Assembly (NCBI RefSeq): GCF_023055435.1
Contig: NW_025963802.1
Coordinates: 23,250,001-23,314,000, forward strand
Direction: 5' to 3'
Length of the DNA: 64,000 bases
From: Haliotis rufescens
Lineage: Eukaryota
Positions 1 to 10,620 of this stretch are shown piece by piece. The notes under the pieces were generated by a model. The model ran no database searches. It saw only the letters and a list, made by a program, of their open reading frames with translations, and was not told the DNA's origin. The position numbers and the translations under genes were made by a program. How positions within the stretch are numbered: position 1 is the stretch's first letter; the number at the start of each line of letters is the position of its first letter.

Positions 1-8
1 AACAATTG

Positions 9-140
9 CAATGTCCACGAATCCTTCAGATGTTGTCAACAATGACCACGAATCTATCACATATTCTGAAAAATGTCCGCGAATCTATCAAATGTTGTGA
101 ACAATGTCCACGAATCCTTCAGATGTTGTAAACAATGTCC
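9..140. repeat. Degenerate 31-bp tandem repeat, about 4 copies (caatgtccacgaatccttcagatgttgtnaa)
   Basis: Units start at 9, 40, 71, 102 and 133. Confidence 0.85.
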
Positions 141-268
141 AATTGGAAATGCCATTTTTGTGCGGGTTTCTGAATCACCTGATCAGTGGTCAATAACCTA
201 AATGTTGTTTTAACATTGACTACATGGATCAGAATAAAAGTCAAAGACACACACGTGATAAATAAACA

Positions 269-274
269 TTTATT
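269..274 (-). terminator. Candidate AATAAA polyadenylation signal for NK4 (about 0.7 kb 3' UTR)
   Basis: tttatt on the + strand at 269-274, about 710 nt past the stop codon. Based on position and motif only. Confidence 0.4.
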
Positions 275-984
275 CAGATGAGATGATAATGAGCTATAAT
301 ACACAAACATGTACATCTTGTTCACACATTGTGAAACGAGTCTTCGTCAATATTTTTCTCGCTGAATGGTGAAAGTAGTTTAGAATTATTACTCAAGATA
401 GACATAAATACCCTGTAGTTGCTATTGAGATCTAAACAGCTAACATGTACATCACAAGTAGATTTGGTTCTACGTTGTCTAGTTGTCTCGAAGTACGTGT
501 ACTAGTCAGAAGGACACAGTGCAAACCGTGGACCAACAGATTACAAACTTGCAACGTAAACACTGCTTTAATATTGACATACATGATAACGGGTTTATGT
601 CCCCTCGCAGTCCAGTTGTTCCGTGTCTGACAATTCAGATGACATTTCTCTTAAAGACAAATTTGTCTGTTAAAACAACACACCCGGCCCCCTCGGCACA
701 TTCTGCATTTGTTATCGACGGCAACCGGAAATGGATTCAAGGATCCGAGTGTCGAACAGTCCTGTCGAAGGTGCTGATTGTCTGCGGTGTGTCATTACTT
801 TTGCATGGCCCGAAGTGCCAGACCCGAGCTCTACACTCCATCACAAAGGCGCTGTATGGAGTTTATGTACAATAGTGCAGTCAAACAAACCTCGGGCTGG
901 ATTCAAGCTTTGAATTACCTGAGTAGGTAGTGACCCCCTTAGGGTACCGTATTACGTGTCATTACTTTTGAGACGAACCCGTCC

Positions 985-1556
985 CTACCATGCCCTAATG
1001 CCTTGGTGTATTGGCTGCTGGACATATCCATTCTGTTGTATTTGGTTCACCTGGGCCATGTGGTTAGGGACTGTGTTATAACTGGGAGAAGAATAGGCAA
1101 AGGGATTAACATTGTACGGAGCAGAATAGGGAGGAGTCATATTTTGTCCCATGCACGGTTTCCCATCCCTCACGAGTACCGGTACAGCCACCCTCCTTGG
1201 GGGCTGCATGGCTGATAGTTCCAAACTCTTATCCTGTCGTTGTCTTTTGCATTTGTATCGTCTGTTCTGAAACCAGATTTTAACTTGGGTTGATGTCAGT
1301 TTCAACATGGAAGCTAATTGTTCTCTTTCCGGGGCGGAGAGATACCTCTGCTGTTTGAACCGTCTTTCCAACTCGTAGACCTGCGCCTGGGAAAACAACA
1401 CGCGGGGTTTCCTCTTTTGTCTTTGTTTAAGAAGTTGACATTCTCCTGAAGAGTCGGAGCTTGTTGAGGGGGTCTTCGTTTTCTCACCCTCGGGGCGTGG
1501 AGGGGTTGATGCCGTGGCGGGGGAGCCGGACTGGGTGACGGTGCACGGCAGTGTCG
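985..1556 (-). CDS. NK4: NK4/tinman/NKX2-5-family homeobox transcription factor, coding exon 2 (homeobox 1237-1416, NK2-specific domain, Tyr-rich region, GIRAW C-terminus)
   Basis: Translation contains [60 protein letters not shown] (NK2-class Tyr54; by my recollection about 57/60 identical to human NKX2-5). It also has the NK2-[19 protein letters not shown] and ends GIRAW*, diagnostic of the NKX2-5/2-3/2-6 (NK4) family. The minus-strand acceptor ctttctgcttacAG|CG ends at 1557. The ORF-track N-terminus MVVFLLT is intron sequence. Confidence 0.97.
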
Positions 1557-1880
1557 CTGTAAGCAGAAAGACAACCATATTAGTCTTGTACTGTCACATT
1601 TGTAATGTTAACATTTCGATTCAAACAGGACCGTCCTGAAATTATCCCCTTAACCAATATAACCAACCATCATCAACGTTGTCATCTGTGAGCACCATCG
1701 TCACCGACATCACCAGCACTACCATCTGTGCAACCACAGACCACTTGCCACACACTACACAACCACCACAACCATCTACCCTTCATTATAATCTTCATCA
1801 TCAACAATACCGGCATCAACACTACCAAAATCAATGCAGCCTTTGGTGCCACATTGTCAATATTACCATCCATACCATCA

Positions 1881-2242
1881 CCATCTCACACACTCCCTGA
1901 CAACACCACCACTACCACCCTTGCCGTCAACGACATCACCATCTCACACACTCCCTGACTTAACACCACCCCTACCATCCTCGCCGTCAAGACATTACCA
2001 TCTCACACACTCCCTGACTTAACACCACCCCTACCATCCTTGCCGTCAACGACATTACCATCTCACACACTCCCTGACTTAACACCACCCCTACCATTCT
2101 TGCCGTCAACGACATTACCATCTCACACACTCCCTGACTTAACACCACCACTACCACCCTCGCCGTCAACGACATTACCATCTCACACACTCCCTGACTT
2201 AACACCACCACTACCATCCTCAACCATATCACCATCTCACAC
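1881..2242. repeat. 60-bp minisatellite, about 6 copies, inside C/A-rich low-complexity sequence (about 1660-2430)
   Basis: Consecutive 60-nt lines at 1981, 2041, 2101 and 2161 are nearly identical. Confidence 0.95.
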
Positions 2243-2427
2243 AACATTCTCACCCTTCCATCTTCGACGTATACCATCGCGATATCAACACTAACAACAT
2301 CATACCAACAACAACCATCACCATCATCACGCTTCCATCTTCTATGTGCATAATCGCAACATCAATACCACCATCAATACAACATACCAGCCACCATCAC
2401 CATCCTCACCCTTCCATCATCCACGTA

Positions 2428-4031
2428 CACCACTGCCACTCAATACCAACAACATCCCACGGACCACCATCACCACTGTCACTCAATACCAACAACATCC
2501 TACCGACCACCATCACCACTGTCACTCAATACCAACAACATCCTACCGACCACCATCACCACTGTCACTCAATACCAACAACATCCCACCGACCACCATC
2601 ACCACTGCCACTCAATACCAACAACATCCTACCGACCACCATCACCACTGTCACTCAATACCAACAACATCCTACCGACCACCATCACCACTGTCACTCA
2701 ATACCAACAACATCCTACCGACCACCATCACCACTGTCACTCAATACCAACAACATCCCACCGACCACCATCACCACTGCCACTCAATACCAACAACATC
2801 CTACCGACCACCATCACCACTGTCACTCAATACCAACAACATCCTACCGACCACCATCACCACTGTCACTCAATACCAACAACATCCTACCGACCACCAT
2901 CACCACTGTCACTCAATACCAACAACATCCTGCCGACCACCATCACCACTGTCACTCAATACCAACAACATCCCACCGACCACCATCACCACTGTCACTC
3001 AATACCAACAACATCCTACCGACCACCATCACCACTGTCACTCAATACCAACAACATCCTACCGACCACCATCACCACTGTCACTCAATACCAACAACAT
3101 CCCACCGACCACCATCACCACTGTCACTCAATACCAACAACATCCCACCGACCACCATCACCACTGCCACTCAATACCAACAACATCCCACCGACCACCA
3201 TCACCACTGCCACTCAATACCAACAACATCCTACCGACCACCATCACCACTGTCACTCAATACCAACAACATCCTACCGACCACCATCACCACTGTCACT
3301 CAATACCAACAACATCCTACCGACCACCATCACCACTGTCACTCAATACCAACAACATCCTACCGACCACCATCACCACTGTCACTCAATACCAACAACA
3401 TCCTACCGACCACCATCACCACTGTCACTCAATACCAACAACATCCTACCGACCACCATCACCACTGTCACTCAATACCAACAACATCCCACCGACCACC
3501 ATCACCACTGTCACTCAATACCAACAACATCCCACCGACCACCATCACCACTGTCACTCAATACCAACAACATCCCACCGACCACCATCACCACTGTCAC
3601 TCAATACCAACAACATCCTACCGACCACCATCACCACTGTCACTCAATACCAACAACAACCCACCGACCACCATCACCACTGCCACTCAATACCAACAAC
3701 ATCCCACCGACCACCATCACCACTGCCACTCAATACCAACAACATCCCACCGACCACCATCACCACTGTCACTCAATACCAACAACATCCCACCGACCAC
3801 CATCACCACTGTCACTCAATACCAACAACATCCCACCGACCACCATCACCACTGTCACTCAATACCAACAACATCCTACCGACCACCATCACCACTGTCA
3901 CTCAATACCAACAACAACCCACCGACCACCATCACCACTGCCACTCAATACCAACAACATCCCACCGACCACCATCACCACTGCCACTCAATACCAACAA
4001 CATCCCACCGACCACCATCACCACTGTCACT
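2428..4031. repeat. 43-bp minisatellite, about 37 near-identical copies (caccactgtcactcaataccaacaacatcctaccgaccaccat)
   Basis: Period 43 (2471 to 2514). It accounts for the 565- and 667-aa ORFs. Confidence 0.97.
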
Positions 4032-4756
4032 TTCAACATAAGCATCATAACTATCATCAGTATATGTTTATCATTATCAGGGCCAGTTGTGATGCATGTT
4101 GATGCAGAGTCTGGTATATACGCCGTGAACACAGTGACGCCTTCTCCCAGCGTCAGCAGCGGTCGTATGGACCACGTTGTCCCCACATGCAGCGCTAGCT
4201 TATGTAAACCATGGGCTATAATTACTCCTCGCCCTCAAAGCGGAAGTACACCCAATAAAGCGTGGAATTGTGAGAGGTCTTCAACACTGAATGCTCAATT
4301 TAATAGATTCTCTATCATTTTTACACCTGCTTCGAAGAAAGAAGTCTAAATGTTTTACCGAGTATATTTCAATACAAGAGTTGCATGAGAACAGACGGGC
4401 CTATACGAACCCTGCGTAATAGGATATAGCGGAAACGGAAATCGGTTCATTAGCCCTTTCGAGTCTCACCTCGCCCCTTTACCAAGACGAAAACAAGATA
4501 AGAAATATTGCCCCCACTATAGGGGAAACTGGGCAGCGGTACAACATAGATAACGGTATTCCGTTGACATATGAGATCAGAGGTCATTTTACTAACATGT
4601 AATAAATGGTTGTGTATGAAACAAGTTATAATGTGACTGTGACTTGGACGTATTGGGTGTGGGAAGACGACAATTCATGTGAGCTGTGGGACAACTTCAA
4701 GTGAAACACCTATGAAACAGATTTCTTTAAGGGGCATTTAGAAGTTGGAGTACTAA

Positions 4757-4915
4757 GTAAGGATAAGATTTATGGAAGAACAACTTCTTTATTACAATTA
4801 GGAGCGACGTTTTGGTGTAGGTACTAACTTGCTTGATAGCAGTGTTAGAACCTACACCAAAACGTCGCTCCTTATTGTAGTACAGAAGTTGTTCATCCAC
4901 AAATCTTATCCTTAC
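4757..4915. repeat. Long inverted repeat, 72-bp arms with 15-nt spacer; MITE/foldback-like
   Basis: 4757-4828 matches the reverse complement of 4844-4915 at 66/72 positions. Confidence 0.93.
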
Positions 4916-6100
4916 CATGTCACACCGCACTACAACGTGAAATGAACAAATGAGGTGGTGTCAACATACATAATAAAAGAGAATGTTCAGTTAAAAAGTA
5001 ACTAGAGGATACTATTGGGGCTTATGGCCAACAAGGATTCCGTTTCGTGTACACATTCGACAGCGGGTATAATCAGGGCAGTGTGCGCGAGATGATGTCT
5101 CGCATCCCAGCCTGCACTGCGACCTGCAATGTACACGCTACACACACATGCGTACTGCCATCCACGTGGGAGGAACTACGTGATTAGGGTAGCTCTTGAT
5201 TACATAGCCACCACATATCTACGCCATTCTTCTTATACTCTATCATATAGGGTTAAACTGTTCGGCAAACAGTCCAGCAGCTGCTGATCGCACATACACG
5301 GGTGTTTTGTCATGAAGAAATCAGGAAATCTGTTGATTCAGAAAGTCGAAGGAACGAACCCCCAAAGGGCGAGTTAATTCTGCTCGTTTCGGGGGGGTTA
5401 AACCATATAACGGTTGATATATATATGAGATTGAATTATGATCTGTAGCGTCAGTTTTACTTGTTAAATTGCACGTTCAGAATGGCCAGTGAATTCCTGA
5501 CTCAAAACCAACTGCAACAACAATAGCGTGACATAATCCTAATGGTTTAATCCGTGGTTATCCCTCATATTTATATTGTTTAGATATCTGAATTAACCTT
5601 ACACCAACAAAGAATACATAGAAACGTTCTATATCTCAAAGTCTGTCTGGACTGGCCACGTGACACACACTCAATGTCTCTTGAAGATCATATGAAGTCA
5701 AGTTCCCGCCAGGGGTTAGCCATCTCTATATTTGGTACATTTTAATGAAAGCGGATCGGGTACTTGAAATATGAAATTACTAGACAATTACACGACAGAG
5801 ATACAATTATGAGCACTATGACAACGTTCACTAACGTCCGAAACGGAGATTAACACCATTGTAAGCCAATAGCTTCCGGAAGCAAACGTTTGTCAATGCG
5901 AGGGCAACGCCTATATTTATGTTTGAAATAGAAACAAAAGTGTAAATTTATGTTTTTGAATTTTAGGTTTCGTACCGAAATTAATTTCGGCGCATTGAAA
6001 TTAATTTCAAACATAAATGCTATTGTTCTCTTTTCATATTATTTACAGATTAAAATAATAAATGCAGCAAAGAGGTTTGTTATTATTATTATATTATTAT

Positions 6101-6140
6101 AGTGAGTGAGTGAGTGAGTTGGATTTAACGCCGCTTTTAA
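6101..6140 (-). mobile_element. 3'-tail fragment of the tRNA-derived SINE family with (CACT)n tail
   Basis: Reverse complement reads taaaagcggcgttaaatccaactcactcact..., matching the tail of the 33002-33164 SINE. Confidence 0.65.
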
Positions 6141-7604
6141 CTTATATTATTATAACTAAGAGGAAAAAGAAACTTTACATCTCAGTTGATTTTATCATAT
6201 GTATGATTTTCAAATGAAAATCTCATAATCGATATTACCTTTTTTTAAATGAACTGTAGTAGCGCTAAGCCAGCATTTACAAAATACTTCTACGTGTTTT
6301 TATTTTTTTAATATAATTTAAGTTAAAACTTAAATTTAAACTGATTTTTTTTTTAAATCGCATAATACATAGCTGCTGATGGGTATCTAAGACATCTTAT
6401 CTTTAAAATTCACTAAAGTTGTTTTTTTTCCGGCATAAATTAACATTTCAAACAATGAAAATTCATTTCTTATCCCAGTCGTCATTGAACCAATTTATAT
6501 TTACAGAAAATCACCAGCCACAGCTTACTTTTTGCCAACTGTTACAGGAATGAGTGATGTTTAAATGAACATAATTAAATTTAACAACAGTTCTTTCAAT
6601 TACATAAATAACAAACTCGGTTTACTTTCATTTACCCCTCAGTGTATGTCATTAGTTTCAGCAGTATCGATATTTATCCTAATCGTCACCAACATTGCTG
6701 TACCGTGGCTGCTCCCACTGAAAGGTGATGCCTTTGTGAATATACTACCATTTGACGTGATATAAGCGCCCCTCGGAAACAGACATGGAGGAAACTGAGG
6801 GCCAATGTAGTCATGTAGGATCTTGTCATTCATCCTCCAAGTACGTCTATTAACTAACAACCCCACGCTGAACGCTGACTGTCTGTTATGTAGATGTAAA
6901 ACTGGATGCAAGGTGCTCGCGTTACCGCATGAACTTTGTACTTTCGGTGTTAACAGTGAAATGTGTGAAAAAACCCGTCAAACTATTTTTTGCAATGTCC
7001 TAATCTGGAGATCACTTACACACCGGTACAACGGGAGTCGCACATCAGATAGTTGGCATATTAGACTCTCTACACTGCGGGCGTCGGTGTGGCTGGTTGA
7101 CTTGGTGTGTATTCGAACCCCGTGTGTCGATATCGATACTCAGCCACTCTTGTTCTCTCGTACAGAGCAGACAACACAGACTGCCCTAACACTACTGTGG
7201 TCTGGATGCCTGCAGGGAGAATCTCACTCGTTCTGGCTTGTGATAATACGGGTATGCTTGAACCGGATAAAGATCGTCAATGTGTTTTATTTATTGAAAT
7301 ATGCAAGTATGTGATGAGTGTGTGAGGTTGGTTTCACACCGCTTGTAACATTTATCAGCATTCGGGTATAGAACAGTAGGATTGAGCCCAGTCATAAGGA
7401 TATTGGTTCGTGTGGGGAATGTCACAAGAGATTATCTGACCCTGAAGTAAATACAAAACCCAGAGAATATCAGTCTCGAATATCTGACCAAACCGATTCA
7501 ATAGGGCGGAAAAGGCAGCATTATGGTGACAATTATATGTCTCCAGGTGTCCGCCAAAAGGGTAACAGAAGGGATGACCTAACATCACTAATGCCCTACT
7601 ACAT

Positions 7605-8952
7605 TCACACCATAGTACCAGTGTTGCCAGTCACACCACAGTACCAGTGTTGCCAGTAACACCACAGTACCAGTGTTGTCAGTAACACCATAGTACCAGT
7701 GTTGTCGGTAACACCATAGTACCAGTGTTGTCAGTAGCACCATAGTACCAGTGTTGTCAGTAACACCATAGTACCAGTGTTGTCAGTAACACCATAGTAC
7801 CAGTGTTGCCAGTAACACCACAGTACCAGTGTTGCCAGTAACACCACAGTACCAATGCTGCCAGTAACACCACAGTACCAGTGTTGCCAGTAACACCACA
7901 GTACCAGTGTTGCCATTAACACCACAGTACCAGTGTTGCCAGTCACACCATAGTACCAGTGTTGCCAGTCACACCATAGTACCAGTGTTGCCAGTCACAC
8001 CACAGTACCAGTGTTGCCAGTCACACCATAGTACCAGTGTTGCCAGTCACACCATAGTACCAGTGTTGCCAGTCACACCACAGTACCAGTGTTGCCAGTC
8101 ACACCATAGTACCAGTGTTGCCAATCACACCATAGTACCAGTGTTGCCAGTCACACCACAGTACCAGTGTTGCCAGTCACACCATAGTACCAGTGTTGCC
8201 AATCACACCATAGTACCAGTGTTGCCAGTAACACCACAGTACCAGTGTTGCCAGTCACACCATAGTACCAGTGTTGCCAGTAACACCACAGTACCAGTGT
8301 TGCCAGTCACACCATAGTACCAGTGTTGCCAATCACACCATAGTACCAGTGTTGCCAATCACACCATAGTACCATTGTTGCCAGTAAAACCACAGTACCA
8401 GTGTTGCCAGTCACACCATAGTACCAGTGTTGCCAGTCACACCATAGTACCAGTGTTGCCAGTCACACCACAGTACCAGTGTTGCCAGTCACACCATAGT
8501 ACCAGTGTTGCCAGTCACACCATAGTACCAGTGTTGCCAGTCACACCATAGTATCAGTGTTGCCAGTCACACCATAGTACCAGTGTTGCCAGTCACACCA
8601 TAGTACCAGTGTTGCCAGTCACACCATAGTACCAGTGTTGCCAGTCACACCATAGTACCAGTGTTGCCAGTCACACCATAGTACCAGTGTTGCCAGTAAC
8701 ACCATAGTACCAGTGTTGCCAGTCACACCATAGTACCAGTGTTGCCAGTAACACCATAGTACCAGTGTTGCCAGTCACACCATAGTACCAGTGTTGCCAG
8801 TCACACCATAGTACCAGTGTTGCCAGTCACACCATAGTACCAGTGTTGCCAGTCACACCATAGTACCAGTGTTGCCAGTAACACCATAGTACCAGTGTTG
8901 CCAGTCACACCATAGTACCACTGTTGCCAGTCACACCATAGTACCAGTGTTG
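7605..8952. repeat. 26-bp minisatellite, about 52 copies (cacaccatagtaccagtgttgccagt)
   Basis: Period 26 (7621 to 7647), highly homogeneous. Confidence 0.97.
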
Positions 8953-9066
8953 GAAAAACAAAGGCCAGATTGCAGGCCATAAGGACCCATACAAAAATGA
9001 AACTACGGGCCCGACACAAGATCTACCTGCCACGGGCGTACTGGCAGGCGCTTATTTCTAACACTG
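8945..9066. mobile_element. hAT-like non-autonomous MITE, 122 bp
   Basis: Termini CAGTGTTGGAAAAA and TATTTCTAACACTG (reverse complement CAGTGTTAGAAATA, 12/14 match). Flanking 8-mers catagtac (8937-8944) and ccttgtac (9067-9074) match 6/8, consistent with a decayed 8-bp TSD. CAG termini with 8-bp TSDs are typical of hAT elements. Confidence 0.65.
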
Positions 9067-9547
9067 CCTTGTACATACCCCTAACACCCTAACGTGACCT
9101 GGAACGTTATCGTGGTTTTGTAGTGAGGTGTGGGTGGTACGGACGGATTTGAAAACAGTTTCGCGGTTTCCCGTTTTCGAAATACTGCTCAAACCACAAC
9201 CTATTTATTTCCCCATGAGAAATATTTCAACTATTCGCTGTTTTGAAGGTTTGCCTGTGTCTGCCACCTCCAGGCTGGTGACCGTATCCTGGCCACTGTC
9301 CGGCGGATGGCGGTGCGATGCCGTGCCATACAGCCCCGCCATCCATCGCTCCTGTGAATCACCACCGACACACACATACACACTGATAGGAAACAATGTA
9401 TTGTTGATAACTCTCTGTGTACTAAGACAATGTCTAGGTATATATCCTGTCATAAGATCAACATGTGTTTGCAACCTTCCTGTCATAAGATGTTCTGTAA
9501 TTGATGTGAGATGTAAACAATGAAACATGCACATAACACATTGCAGT

Positions 9548-10109
9548 ACCATACACGTATCAGGTTGTAGGCCGCAGTTACAACCATACACGTATCAGGT
9601 TGTAGGCCGCAGTTACAACCATACACGTATCAGGTTGTAGGCCACAGTTACAACCATACACGTACCTGGTTGTAGGCCGCAGCTACAACCATACACGTAC
9701 CAGGTTGTAGGCCGCATTTACAACCATACACGTACCAGGTTGTAGGCTGCAGTTACAACCATACACGTACCAGGTTGTAGGCCGCATTAACAACCATACA
9801 CGTACCAGGTTGTAGGCTGCAGTTACAACCATAGACGTACCAGGTTGTAGGCCGCATTAACAACCATACACGTACCAGGTTGTAGGCTGCAGTTACAACC
9901 ATACACGTACCAGGTTGTAGGCCGCATTTACAACCATACACGTATCAGGTTGTAGGCTGCAGTTACAACCATACACGTATCAGGTTGTAGGCCACAGTTA
10001 CAACCATACACGTACCAGGTTGTAGGCTGCAGTTACAACCATACACGTATCAGGTTGTAGGCCACAGTTACAACCATACACGTACAAGGTTGTAGGCTGC
10101 AGTTACAAT
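9548..10109. repeat. 35-bp minisatellite, about 16 copies (accatacacgtaccaggttgtaggcygcagttaca)
   Basis: Period 35 (9548 to 9583). Confidence 0.95.
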
Positions 10110-10254
10110 CGTGTGTATATAACCAGAATCAATACATTCTGATAAAAACACTTAACACAGTTCTCATCGCAGACTTACATGGCAGAATACTTATCATCAG
10201 TAAAACCTGTGTAGATGTCAATCAAACCCATTTTGATTGAAAATGTGGCACTTG

Positions 10255-10620
10255 TGTAGCTGATGTGGGTGTAGCTGATGTAGGTGTAGGTGATGTGGAT
10301 GTAGCTGATGTGGGTGTAGCTGATGTGGGTGTAGCTGATGTGGATGTAGCTGATGTAGGTGTAGCTGATGTGGGTGTAGCTGATGTGGGTGTAGCTGATG
10401 TGGGTGTAGCTGATGCGGATGTAGCTGATGTGGGTGTAGCTGATGTGGATGTAGCTGATGTGGGTGTAGCTGATGTGGGTGTAGCTGATGTGGGTGCAGC
10501 TGATGTGGGTGCAGCTGATGTGGGTGTAGCTGATGTGGGTGTAGCTGACGTGGGTGTAGCTGATGTGGGTGTAGCTGATGTGGGTGTAGCTGATGTGGAT
10601 GTAGCTGATGTGGGTGTAGC
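10255..10620. repeat. 15-bp minisatellite, about 24 copies (gtagctgatgtgggt)
   Basis: Obvious 15-nt period. It produces the ADVGV / SYTHI / SATPT / HQLHP repeat ORFs. Confidence 0.97.

Noticed and set aside
1557-1578. MVVFLLT as the NK4 N-terminus (single-exon model)
   Set aside because: This is the polypyrimidine tract and acceptor. A phase-compatible exon with a TN-like motif exists at 20068-20413.
2344-4349. 565- and 667-aa His/Thr/Pro-rich ORFs
   Set aside because: By-products of a 43-bp (non-triplet) C/A-rich repeat that lacks stops in all + frames. They are antisense within the NK4 intron and have no domain features.
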